Virus record (IMG/VR): IMGVR_UViG_3300009034_002371
Coordinates: 18,762 to 82,761 of that record
DNA length: 64,000 nt
Strand: one strand, 5' to 3'
Source: a virus
Program-made: the position numbers and the translations under genes
Shown here: piece by piece, positions 28,915 to 39,400 of the stretch
Layout: the number at the start of each line of letters is the position of its first letter
Numbering within the stretch: position 1 is the stretch's first letter
The notes under the pieces: generated by a model
The model's input: only the letters and a program-made list of their open reading frames with translations
The model's database searches: none
Told to the model about the DNA's origin: nothing

Positions 28915-29733
28915 ATGTTATCAGTGATAATTCCTATCATGGGAAAGCGCCCGGATCGGGTCCCCCTCTTTGCAGAAACGTTGCGGTGTATACAACAACA
29001 GGACTTTCGGGATTATGAACTAATCGTGGTAGAACAGTATTCGGATGAGCCAATGTGGGAGGAGGATGTAGCTACTTTCTCCCCCAGATATATTGCTATT
29101 CAAGGAAGTCCTCTTTGTGTGCCTTGGTGTAAAAACGTGGGGGCTCGAGAAGCTAGAAGCGATGTTTTAGTTTTCCTTGACGCTGATGTAGTATTCGGTA
29201 CTGATTACTTTCGCGTCATTATGGAGAATTTTACTTCAGCTAGGAAGTACTCCGCTGGATGGGATAGCACCCTATGGTTGCGTCAAACTGGGCTCCAGGA
29301 GTATTTATCTACGCACACTTATACACCTAACTGGAGTCCGGAGCTTCTTCAACAGGAATTATTTATAGGGTTAGATGGTCCCGTAAACTTTGGACTGTCT
29401 ATAGTTTTTGATAGGGAGTTTTTTAGGAGCATCGGGGGGTACAACGAGAATTTTGATATGTGGTCTGCAGATGATAAGGATCTGTTGACTAGAGCTATTG
29501 CCGCGACAGGTGACGACTGTAAGTTACACACCATACCGTATACCGTTCTTCATTTGTGGCATGATATGCGGGAGAAGTCCCCAACGTGGAAAGAAGACAG
29601 GGAATACCGGCTTAGTTGTGTAAGGAAATATCCCCTAGAAGTTTCAAGGCGTCTTGTAGAGGCACAAACCGGCAACCCAGAGCATAGGTCACTTATAGAT
29701 TGGCCCGATATGCGGTGGCAGGGGATTTTATGA
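28915..29733 (+). CDS. GT2 glycosyltransferase
   Basis: LSVIIP, YELIVVE, KNVGAR, FLDAD, IGGYNENF..W..DD.D. Confidence 0.88.
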   Translation: MLSVIIPIMGKRPDRVPLFAETLRCIQQQDFRDYELIVVEQYSDEPMWEEDVATFSPRYIAIQGSPLCVPWCKNVGAREARSDVLVFLDADVVFGTDYFRVIMENFTSARKYSAGWDSTLWLRQTGLQEYLSTHTYTPNWSPELLQQELFIGLDGPVNFGLSIVFDREFFRSIGGYNENFDMWSADDKDLLTRAIAATGDDCKLHTIPYTVLHLWHDMREKSPTWKEDREYRLSCVRKYPLEVSRRLVEAQTGNPEHRSLIDWPDMRWQGIL

Positions 29734-30993
29734 ATGGTATTGCTAATTAACTTACCGGCACCCTTTTTAGTTGAGCAAAGGGTACACCCACCACTGGGCT
29801 TATTATATCTAGGGGCTGTGCTACAAGAGAATAAAGTTGAGGTAGAAGTTGTTGATCTAGCAGGGCAGTCCTGTGAAGATCTGTTGGTGTATAATACCCC
29901 TGAGCTTGTTGGTATATCATCCGTTACTCCTCAGTTTGACGATGCCAAGGTTGTTCTGGATCGATTAAGGGAGCAGTGTCCAGATGTACCAGTTGTAATT
30001 GGAGGGCCCCATGCTACCGTCGATCCTAAGTCCTGTGGGGTCTTTGACTATATTGCAGTGGGCGAGGGAGAACAAGTTATTGCAGATTATAAAAAGTGGG
30101 GTGAGGCTAAGGTAATTCAATATACATCTGCAGGCGATCTAGATAGTATTCCTTTCCCGGCTAGGGATCTAGTGGATCTCGGATCTTATAGTTACGATAT
30201 CGGCGGCGAACCAGCTACAACTCTCGTGACTAGTCGCGGGTGCCCTTACCGTTGTGCATTTTGTTGTCGCACTTGTGGCCCTAGGATGAGGATGCGGTCT
30301 CCCGAGAATATTATTGAAGAGGTGCGTTTACTTAAGAGAAAGTATGGGTACAGGGCGTTTGCGATCTTTGATGATGTGTTTGTGCTAAATAGGAAGAGGA
30401 TTAGTAGGATAACGAGTTTATTGAAAAAGGAAAATGTGATATATAGGTGTTTTGTCAGGAGTGATGTTGTTGACTTGTCATTGCTCAGGATGCTTAAGGA
30501 GTCCGGGTGCTATGAGGTAGGGTTTGGGGCAGAGAGTGGCTCCCAGAAAATATTAGATGTTGTAGATAAGAGGACTAGCGTACAGCAAAATACACGGCTA
30601 GTTGAGATGTGTAAGCAGGTGAGTTTGAAAGTTAAGGCGTTTATGATTGTGGGCCTGCCGGGAGAAACTCACGAGACCATGCAGGAGACATATAACTGGT
30701 TAAGAGATGTTGCTCCCGATACCTGGGATGTATCCATTTATACTCCATATAAAGGTAGTCGAATAGTTAGTAGTCCGTTTTTATATGACATAAAGATAAA
30801 TAATATTGCTTTTAAGGATGCTTGGCACAAAGGAGTCCCAGGTGCGTATAAATGTGCCGTCTCCACTAGTGGCCTCAGCTCTGATGATATTGTACAGTGG
30901 CGGGATAAGATAGAAGCTGAGCTCGGAGGAAACCGGTACAAGCATCCCGTCTCTGATGTGCTCCACAGCCTGAGCACAGGTCCAATCTCATGA
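29734..30993 (+). CDS. B12-binding domain radical SAM enzyme (class B methyltransferase-like)
   Basis: PPLGLLYL, VVIGGPHAT, GEGE, TSRGCPYRCAFC (CxxxCxxC), GAESGSQKIL, GLPGET. Confidence 0.92.
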   Translation: MVLLINLPAPFLVEQRVHPPLGLLYLGAVLQENKVEVEVVDLAGQSCEDLLVYNTPELVGISSVTPQFDDAKVVLDRLREQCPDVPVVIGGPHATVDPKSCGVFDYIAVGEGEQVIADYKKWGEAKVIQYTSAGDLDSIPFPARDLVDLGSYSYDIGGEPATTLVTSRGCPYRCAFCCRTCGPRMRMRSPENIIEEVRLLKRKYGYRAFAIFDDVFVLNRKRISRITSLLKKENVIYRCFVRSDVVDLSLLRMLKESGCYEVGFGAESGSQKILDVVDKRTSVQQNTRLVEMCKQVSLKVKAFMIVGLPGETHETMQETYNWLRDVAPDTWDVSIYTPYKGSRIVSSPFLYDIKINNIAFKDAWHKGVPGAYKCAVSTSGLSSDDIVQWRDKIEAELGGNRYKHPVSDVLHSLSTGPIS

Positions 30994-32312
30994 CTCATGA
31001 AGTTTTAACAGCAAAGCGGCTCCCAAGTACCTTAGTGCAGGAGCTCAAGCGGTCGTTTGGTAATGCACCAGTACGTGGTGCTGAAATTGGGGTTCTAGAC
31101 GGTCGGAATGCTCTGTACATGTTGCAGGCGCTAAATATTGAGAAGCTGTATCTTATAGATCCCTACGAGGGTTATAATGGATATTGTGATTTAGATGAAG
31201 ATACCTTACGCGTTGCCAGGACGATGGCAATGCAAAGGCTAAAGCCTTTTGAGGACAGAATTGTATGGCTTTACCTAAGATCAGATGAAGCTGTAGACAA
31301 AATACCAGATATGCTAGATTTTGTCTATATCGATGGTAATCATAGTTATGAATATGTTAAACGAGATATTGAGAATTATCACTGCTTGGTAAAGCCTGGC
31401 GGTTTTGTTGGAGGACATGACTATACTTCAAATATCGACCCGAGATATGTTATTAAGGTAAAGAAAGCCGTTGATGAGTTTGTTACTAAATATGGTTATA
31501 AGTTGTTCGTTCGCCCTTATAGAAAATCAGATGACTGGCCAGATTGGTGGGTGAGGACAGGAACAGTACATTTTATTTGGTTTGGCCCGGCAGCCTTAGG
31601 CTATGCAGATTTTTTAGCAGTTAAAACTGCTGCATTGGTGTATGGTGTAGCCCCCTATGTTTGGTTGGATGCTGTGCCCGAAAATGAGTGGCTATCAAGA
31701 ATAAGGGAGATTTCCATACAGGGGCAAATTAAAGATGAGTGGTTAGATATTGCACATTTAACTACAAATACTGGGCACCGATCAGATTACCTGAGATATC
31801 AACTTCTACATGACTTCGGTGGTTTATATTTAGATTTTGATACCATTTGTGTAAGATCCATTTTTGATCTCAGCCTCAATGGCGTAGTTGTAGGACGCCA
31901 GGGGATACAAATAGACCCTCTAAATGGTGCTGTTATGTATGTTGCCGAGCCTTGTCATCCAATTGTAAAGACTCTGTTGTGCAAATCTACTGACTTGTTG
32001 AAAAGGTTTGGGAGTGGGCTTCAATGGGAGGCTACAGGGCCCTGGCTGTTGAAGGAAGTGTTATTTGAGAATGAACATTCCCACACTATTTTACCTCAGG
32101 AGGTTTTCTACTTTTACAGTCCCTGTAATTGGCAGCAGTTGTTTAGGGATAATCCTGTAAGTGATCAAATGTATGTTATGCACTGGTGGCGCGCTGCTGC
32201 TAAGGGAAAAGTAGGTAAGATTGCGGCAAGGAAGATTACACCAGAGTATGTTAGAACGTCGAGTGAGTTTTATGCCAGGGTAGTTAGGGAGGTACTAGGG
32301 GATGACGTGTAG
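30990..32312 (+). CDS. Methyltransf_24 - GT32 fusion protein
   Basis: N-half is paralogous to ORF 27564 (IDGNHSYE, GGHDY). C-half is paralogous to ORF 28106 (VHFIWFG, GGLYLDFD). Confidence 0.88.
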   Translation: MTHEVLTAKRLPSTLVQELKRSFGNAPVRGAEIGVLDGRNALYMLQALNIEKLYLIDPYEGYNGYCDLDEDTLRVARTMAMQRLKPFEDRIVWLYLRSDEAVDKIPDMLDFVYIDGNHSYEYVKRDIENYHCLVKPGGFVGGHDYTSNIDPRYVIKVKKAVDEFVTKYGYKLFVRPYRKSDDWPDWWVRTGTVHFIWFGPAALGYADFLAVKTAALVYGVAPYVWLDAVPENEWLSRIREISIQGQIKDEWLDIAHLTTNTGHRSDYLRYQLLHDFGGLYLDFDTICVRSIFDLSLNGVVVGRQGIQIDPLNGAVMYVAEPCHPIVKTLLCKSTDLLKRFGSGLQWEATGPWLLKEVLFENEHSHTILPQEVFYFYSPCNWQQLFRDNPVSDQMYVMHWWRAAAKGKVGKIAARKITPEYVRTSSEFYARVVREVLGDDV

Positions 32313-34431
32313 GTTAATACACTTTGTATGGTTTGGACCTAGACCTTTAGGTTATACTGAGTTTCTGGCTGTTAAAACAGCCCGTAAGATATATGGGGTT
32401 GAACCATACCTCTGGACAGACAATTCTGTCCCGGAAAACGAGTGGTTGTTAAGAATAAAAGAGATCGCCGTACAAAAACAGATTAAAAGTGAGTGGCAGC
32501 AGATCGCTAACCTTGCCAGCAAGTATAATTACAAATCAGACTATCTAAGATATCAACTCCTACACGATTACGGGGGTTTGTACCTAGATATAGATACCCT
32601 CTGTGTGAAACCTATCTTCGGCCTCGTTCTGCAGGGTTTGGTCGCCGCGCAGCAGCAGTCTTCCAAAGAGCCCATCAATGGCGCTGTTATGTATGTTGCC
32701 GAGCCTCAGCATCCAGTTGTGGCTGCCCTCTTAAACGAATCTATAAGAATACTCAGAGAGGTCAAGTCTATGACCTGGTCAGAGATTGGCCCTAAATTGC
32801 TTTCCAAAACTTTGAAACCGAATATTGATTGTACTATACTACCTCATGAACATTTCTATTTCTATAAGTCGTCTCACTGGCGGCAGATATTTGAGGATAA
32901 TCCTATAGATGACCAGATGTGTGTTATTCATTGGTGGAACAAACATGCAGGTGCATTTGCCAGGAAAACTGTTAACCCAGAATATATTAGGACTTCTAAC
33001 AGCCTCTATGCCAAGATGGTAAAGAGAGTGTTAGGTTCGGATTATGGTTTGTCCCAGAAGACACCTGCACTGTCGGCTATTGTTTCTATTATGGGTGATC
33101 ACCCTCAGCGAGCCAGAAACTTTGAAGCGACTCTGCGGTGTATACAGCAACAAGACTTCCAAGACTATGAGCTAGTAATTGTAGAGCAGTATATAGAGAA
33201 GCCTCTATGGGAGAGTCGTGCTAAATCTCTAAATGCAACTTACATGACCATCACAGAGAGTACCCTACCTGACTGGGCACGCTTCTGCCTTTCGTGGTGT
33301 AAGAATGTCGGAGCCCGGGTATCTAAGCATGATACTTTATTGATGCTTGATGGTGATGTGGCATTTGGTAATGATTACTTTTCACGTGTGGTTAGTACTT
33401 TCAGGACTGATTGGGGTTACCTTATGGGATTTAGCTTGCTTATCCGGTTGAACACCAAAGGTACTGGCATCTACTTGAGAGATGGGACCTACCATGCGGA
33501 GTGGCCACGTGAGCATGTTGAGAAGACTAACAATCCAGGTTTCTCAGGTAGTGGAGGCGGGGGTGGTTCCGTTGTCTTCGACAAGCGGTTTTTCTTTGAT
33601 GTTATAGGGGGTTATAGTGAGAATTATTTCGGCTGGGGTAAAGAGGATAAAGATTGTCTACTGAGGGCTTATAGATTTGCTGGAGGCAATGAAGAGGGTA
33701 GGTTAAGGCGTATGGACTACACCCTACTGCATTTGTTCCATCGCCACATAGGACTCGCGCATAGGCCGAAGGAAGCGACTACCCACTATTTCAAGTATAC
33801 ACGGCCATATCCACGTCGTGTTACACATCTTCTCGTGGAGGCCCAAGTAGGTAGACCGGAGCATAGAACTCTTATAGATCTGTCGCGTTTGGATTCTCCC
33901 AGTGCTGGTTGTGTTGAACTTCAAAGATCCCCGTTGTCCCAGGAAGAACGTGTGAGTATGTTGGGTAACCACCACCCCGAGTATAGTTTTGAAGATTTCA
34001 CTAATCAAAAGTTGTTCGATGCCACAGATCTAGACGGCTCTGTCATTGTTGGCAGTTGTTTCTATCAGGATCCCGATTCTCAAGATGCAGATCCTCGCGT
34101 GAAAGTTTTTCCTGATGATATGCAGGGGGTTACGTTTATTGAATGCAATTTAGATAATGTGTATGTACCCCCAGGTAATACAGTTGACCTCTTGTGTTCT
34201 TGTAGGAGGATCAAACGTCAGAATGACGGAGAGTCTTGGATACTTAATGAAGATCTAGTGCCTATTGAGCCATTGAGCAAGGAACGCTTAGCCGCGGTTG
34301 GTGGTAATATAGTCCCCAGGAAGATACCGCGACGTGCTATACGTAAAGAGGAATTGCGTCGCTTACGCAGTGAACGAATGAAGAAGTTCCAAGAGTTTTA
34401 CGCGTCTCGAGAGAGGCAGGATGAAGAATGA
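32302..34431 (+). CDS. GT32 - GT2 fusion with an extra C-terminal domain
   Basis: IHFVWFG/GGLYLDID, then YELVIVEQ, KNVGAR, LDGD, GGYSENYFGWGKED. About 157 aa of unrelated sequence follows from Met at 33958. Confidence 0.85.
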   Translation: MTCRLIHFVWFGPRPLGYTEFLAVKTARKIYGVEPYLWTDNSVPENEWLLRIKEIAVQKQIKSEWQQIANLASKYNYKSDYLRYQLLHDYGGLYLDIDTLCVKPIFGLVLQGLVAAQQQSSKEPINGAVMYVAEPQHPVVAALLNESIRILREVKSMTWSEIGPKLLSKTLKPNIDCTILPHEHFYFYKSSHWRQIFEDNPIDDQMCVIHWWNKHAGAFARKTVNPEYIRTSNSLYAKMVKRVLGSDYGLSQKTPALSAIVSIMGDHPQRARNFEATLRCIQQQDFQDYELVIVEQYIEKPLWESRAKSLNATYMTITESTLPDWARFCLSWCKNVGARVSKHDTLLMLDGDVAFGNDYFSRVVSTFRTDWGYLMGFSLLIRLNTKGTGIYLRDGTYHAEWPREHVEKTNNPGFSGSGGGGGSVVFDKRFFFDVIGGYSENYFGWGKEDKDCLLRAYRFAGGNEEGRLRRMDYTLLHLFHRHIGLAHRPKEATTHYFKYTRPYPRRVTHLLVEAQVGRPEHRTLIDLSRLDSPSAGCVELQRSPLSQEERVSMLGNHHPEYSFEDFTNQKLFDATDLDGSVIVGSCFYQDPDSQDADPRVKVFPDDMQGVTFIECNLDNVYVPPGNTVDLLCSCRRIKRQNDGESWILNEDLVPIEPLSKERLAAVGGNIVPRKIPRRAIRKEELRRLRSERMKKFQEFYASRERQDEE

Positions 34432-36368
34432 GAACTATACCAGTAAAGGAATATGTTGAAGATAGGATAGAAGATAACGGATCGTATAGTCGGACTTTTC
34501 TGTCCTATCCTAAATACCATAGGCATGAAGATGGTACCCTCCATGAGACTGATTGCACTATTATAGAGAGTCAGGATCCTGATTGGGATTGGGAAGTTAC
34601 CGAGGGTGTCTGGACTCTTTATGTTAAAAGAGATGGTACCTTCCAGTCGCGGTTCCATGAACATACTGTTACAAGGAAGCCGGTTGGTATTGGATTTTAT
34701 AATATCAGAACCAAGACTTCCATAAACAGAGTTGAGTTTGATTTAACTACATGGGACGTTGAGGTTGGGCATGATACCATAACATGGACAAATCCTGAGA
34801 ACGGTATTATCTTTAAGGTATGGTATATACATGATCAGGCTCGAGGTATCGTGGAACTTCCACAAGAAGTACAAACAGAGTTATTAGCTAAGAGGCGCAA
34901 GAGCTGGTCCCGTGAAAATACTTATGTTAGCGTTATTTACGATGCTGATATGAATTTTCAGGATGAGGATATGGAGTCCGAAGATCGGATCAGACATAAG
35001 CATCCTGATTGGGAGATCCAGATCGGAGGGCACCACATCGTCCATGAAAAATTCGGTCGGAAACCGAATCCACATCCCCCAGAGGTTGAGCGGGAAGATG
35101 CAGATGAGTCACTAGATTATACATGGCCCAAACGTAAGATATACTTTGCCGAACAGAAGAAGTTCATCGAAGCCTGTAGAATAGATGCTCTGGAAAGCGA
35201 AGATGGGAAAATCATTTTCAATACTACCGATACCTTTGGTTTTGCTTTCTGCGAAGATGCCTATATCCGTGGCTATCCTAATTACAATAATACCAACTAT
35301 AATGGTGTCGGTCTTATTGTAGATGGGCACACCAGTTCCGCGTGTGAGTATTTTTCGTTTATCAGATTCAACTTGAGTAGTCAGCTTGGTATCCCAGGTA
35401 CTATATCTCTTGTTCGCTTGTACTTATACTGCTATAATACTTCCTACGGTGGGATCGATTACATGTATGCCAGCCCGACACTCAAGCCGTGGACAGAAAC
35501 GGGAGTTACCTGGCGTAGATGGAATGGCTCTGCGTATTGGAATGACCCGGGAGCTTGGTACGGGTTTTATGACTGGGAGGGATGTGAATACGATTTCAAT
35601 ACCCTGAATGGGGCTGGTTGTGATATTAGTAAGTATTACGCCTCTAGGCCGGTTAATGAAGGTCACGAGGATTCCTATATAGCTATTGGTGATCTTGGGT
35701 TCCATAATATGTTTGACCATCTCCAGGCCCAGTGGGAGGCCGATAAGTGGTATGGTTGGAAAATCCACAACCCGTCTGACGAGCTTGGGAGAGCATATTT
35801 TAGAGATTCTGAGTATGCGACTGTTGGTCAGAGGCCCTATTTAGAAGTTACTTGGGTATCTAGTAGTTCAAGTAGCTCTGCCTCGTATAGCTGTAGTTCC
35901 TCAAGTTCCAGCTCGTCCCACTCCAGTTCTTCCTCGTTTAGTTCTAGTTCTTCCAGCTTCAGTAGTTCAAGCTCATCGTGTTCTAGTTCCTATCCAGGTC
36001 CATACTACGTTAGGGCGGACGCACTCGGTGGAGGTGTGGGAGATGCCGATACTCAGGCTCGAGCTCTTACTCCGGAAGAATTTAGAACTCATAATGCAGG
36101 GTCCCCGGTAACCTATTACGTTAAAGGAAAATTTGGAACATGTTTAGGTGACTACGCATTTAGTGGTAACTTAAACTACTCGGCAAGGGATGGTAATTTT
36201 GCTAATGCTATGCTTATCAAGGGATACCTGAACAACGGGCCACTTGACGTAGTCCACGGAAGGTATCGTCCAAGATTTATTCTTGGGGATGTCTCTCTGA
36301 GTTCGTCAAGCTCGTGTAGTTCAAGTTCTGGTTCTTCAAGTGTTAGTTCTTCAAGTAGCTCTACTTGA
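34428..36368 (+). CDS. Modular virion protein: N-domain + DNRLRE-like domain + Ser linker + N-terminal fragment of beta-helix module + Ser tail
   Basis: EDAYI...FIRFNLS...LYLY...PWTETGVTW...DSEY....RPYLEVTW is DNRLRE-like. YYVRADALGGG...TYYVKG...IKGY...RPRFILG matches the N-terminus of ORF 39838. Confidence 0.65.
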   Translation: MRTIPVKEYVEDRIEDNGSYSRTFLSYPKYHRHEDGTLHETDCTIIESQDPDWDWEVTEGVWTLYVKRDGTFQSRFHEHTVTRKPVGIGFYNIRTKTSINRVEFDLTTWDVEVGHDTITWTNPENGIIFKVWYIHDQARGIVELPQEVQTELLAKRRKSWSRENTYVSVIYDADMNFQDEDMESEDRIRHKHPDWEIQIGGHHIVHEKFGRKPNPHPPEVEREDADESLDYTWPKRKIYFAEQKKFIEACRIDALESEDGKIIFNTTDTFGFAFCEDAYIRGYPNYNNTNYNGVGLIVDGHTSSACEYFSFIRFNLSSQLGIPGTISLVRLYLYCYNTSYGGIDYMYASPTLKPWTETGVTWRRWNGSAYWNDPGAWYGFYDWEGCEYDFNTLNGAGCDISKYYASRPVNEGHEDSYIAIGDLGFHNMFDHLQAQWEADKWYGWKIHNPSDELGRAYFRDSEYATVGQRPYLEVTWVSSSSSSSASYSCSSSSSSSSHSSSSSFSSSSSSFSSSSSSCSSSYPGPYYVRADALGGGVGDADTQARALTPEEFRTHNAGSPVTYYVKGKFGTCLGDYAFSGNLNYSARDGNFANAMLIKGYLNNGPLDVVHGRYRPRFILGDVSLSSSSSCSSSSGSSSVSSSSSST

Positions 36369-36385
36369 TGGTACATATTTACGCC

Positions 36386-36413
36386 TTGACTGTACTTAGG
36401 GTGAATTTGTAAT
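36386..36413 (+). promoter_or_regulatory. sigma70-like promoter TTGACT-N16-TGTAAT
   Basis: Lies in the 58-nt gap before ORF 36427. The same -10 hexamer occurs at 49553, 1499 and 17972. Confidence 0.5.
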
Positions 36414-36426
36414 TGGGGGTTGTTGT

Positions 36427-39400
36427 ATGAAACCTCAACCAACGGGTTTATATACCGAAGACGCGATAGAATCGGGTGGTATGCACCATACCACCTTCCT
36501 ATCCTATCCCAAATATCATCGACATGAAGATGGTACTCTCCATGAGACTGATTGTGTTATCAGGGACAGTCAGGACCCTGATTGGGATTGGGAAGTTATC
36601 GAGGGTGTCTGGACTCTTTATGTTAAAAGAGATGGTACTTATCAGTCCCGATTTCATGATTATACTATCACGAGAAAGCCAGTTGGTGTTGGGTTCTGTA
36701 ACACACATTCCAAGAAGTGTGTCGTTAAGATAGACTTTGATCTGAACTCCTGGGTAGTCAAGATCGATGGGGATACTGCAACATGGACAAATCCCGATAA
36801 CGGTATTGTTTTCAAAGTCCAGTATATACATGATCAGGCTCGAGGTATCGTAGAACTTCCACAAGCAGTACAAACACAACTGTTAGAGGATTGTGGATCC
36901 TGGCCAGTTGAAGATACCTCCGTTTGTGTTATTTATGATGCCGATATAGACTTCCTTAGTGAAGATGTAGATACTGTAGATAGTATAATAGATGGGAACT
37001 CGAAGTGGGTAGTTAAAGTTGGAGGACTTTATGTAGTTCACGAGAAGCATGGACTGGTAAGTAAAGAACACCGCGATAATCTCGCTTGGCAAAAGCATAC
37101 GATATACCTTCCTGAACAAAAGAGATATATTGAAGCATGTGCTCTAGATGCTTTAAAAAGTGAAGATGGCGTACTTATCTTTAACGATACTGATACGTTT
37201 AAGGAAGGTGTGGATGGCTACTCAGGCTGCGAGGATACTTATATAGAGTTAAGTAGTGAAACCACCCACGGTAGTTCTACCCAGATATACTGCGACGGGG
37301 ACTCTTGGGATACAAAGAAAGTCTTGATTAAGTTTGACCTAAGTGGTGAGATTCCACTAGTTCCTCATCAAACAATAACTTCTGCTTCCCTGGGTCTATA
37401 CGTTCTTAACCACTTTGATGGCCCAGCTGACTCCCTTCGGATTATGTGTGCAGGTGTCCTTAAACCATGGACAGAAGATGAGGCTACCTGGACGCGCTGG
37501 CATAAAACAAATGACAAGTGGTGGCACAGTAGCGGCTGTGATGCTAAGAATGACTATGCCTACTTCAATAGTTTTAGTGGTTATGGGTATGATAGATTTA
37601 GTAGTTGGACCCAAGCGTTTATTAACGAAAGTGATGAGGATGACTACACTTCATGGGTTGTTAGACCATGGCAAATACAAAAGCAGTATGATGCTCAGCT
37701 CTGGTATGGTTGGGTACTCGACCCTGGCGTTCCAGAGCATGTAGAAATTACTTTTGCTAGTTCGGAGCATGCTGATCCAACAAAGCGGCCGTATCTGACA
37801 GTTACCTGGGAACCAACTAGTTCCTCAAGCTCCAGTTCGAGCTTCAGTAGTAGTTGTTCCAGTTCGAGCTTCAGTAGTAGTAGTTCTTCATGGGGCCCCT
37901 ACAGTTGTCAGTTTGGAGATTATACAGTACTACAACACCTTCATTTTGAAACTGAAAACCCTGATGGGATCCAAATTGGTAAATATAGTATTGTCCATAA
38001 CTGTTATGCTAACCAGGCCTCCCCCACTGCAGACTATCCAGCGTGGAAAGCAACTGGAAGCGGATTTAATGTAACTTCGTTCATCAGCTGTGAAGGGGCT
38101 AGTGTTGGTGGGTACGCCTTCTATACAGATCTTGAGGATATAACCTTCACAGGGTGCCTTGCTCGTGATAGTAATGTTGGTTTTTATGTTGGAAACCAGG
38201 CTATCAGATTAGTCCATAATCTGATTTATAACTGTGCACGTGGTATACATATAGCAAGTAGAGATACCTTTATACATGGCAATACTATTTACAACTGTAG
38301 TACCTGTGGAATATATCTTGGTACTACTTGGGCCAGTGTGTACATTCTAGGCAATATTTTAGATTCCTGTGACTATGGTATATTGGCATCTTTTCGACAA
38401 CCGGCATGCTATCTTGATTGGAACAATTTCAGTAATAGCCTCACTCTAGATATAGCCCAGTCTGGTGGCCAAGACGTTGTGAATAAGGGGCCGAATACTA
38501 CCTCCCTTGATCCTGGTTTCTTTGATATAGGAAGTTTAGATTTCCGTGTTGGTCAACATATGAGGGGACTTGGTGTTAAGTCTAATTTTGGTAGTAATAA
38601 TATTATAGCAGCTAGTTGTATCGGCTATCCGGATCAGGGAGCCATACAGCGGAGAGAGGTAATTGGTGAGGATGCAGCGGTATGGGAGACAGGACCTGAT
38701 GCACATACCGGAATTGGTTATGTGAAGCTGAGTCCTACTCACGCTAGTAGATATCCCCTGAAGTGGGAATTCTTAGCTCCTGTCAAAGCTGATCGTGCTC
38801 TTCAGTTTAGCTTTTGGCGTAAGGGGAGTTTTAGTGGTACATTTCAATTTCTTGCAACAGGTGTTGGTATAAGCATATCTGAGGTTGTTGCTGTACCGGG
38901 TTCGTATCAACAACATATATCCCCTGTGGTGACTCCAACTTCGGATCAGTTTGCCAAGATAACGTTACAAGCGCAAGGAACAGGTACTATCTATGTCGAT
39001 GACTTTGGAACTTCGCAAAGTTGTTCCTCAAGCTCATCGTTCTCAAGTAGTTGTTCCTCAAGCTCATGTAGTAGTTCCTGTTCGTCAAGTTCATGTAGTT
39101 CATCGTTCTCAAGTAGTTGTTCCTCAAGCTCATCAAGTTCATGTAGTTCATCGTTCTCAAGTAGTTGTTCCTCAAGTTCATGTTCGAGTAGCTTCTCAAG
39201 TAGTTGCTCTTCGAGCTCCAGCTTTAGTTCATCATGCTCAAGTAGCTTCTCAAGTTCATGTAGCAGCTCCTCGTTCTCAAGCAGCTGCTCATCGAGTTCA
39301 TCATGTTCAAGTAGCTTCTCATCGAGTTCATCATGTTCAAGTAGCTTCTCAAGTAGCTGTTCATCGAGCTTCTGTTCATCAAGTTCATGTTCAAGTAGCT

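Noticed and set aside
2386-34431. Cellular O-antigen/capsule locus next to a prophage
   Set aside because: No wzx/wzy/wzm/wzt, chain-length or priming transferase genes are visible. The GT genes are interleaved with adaptor-like and beta-helix structural genes in one co-oriented run.
36288-37893. Intron, intein or transposon interrupting the beta-helix gene
   Set aside because: The intervening DNA holds a stop, a promoter-like sequence and a paralogous structural domain. It has no transposase, homing endonuclease or intein terminal motifs, and joining at the shared TGGGG would shift frame.
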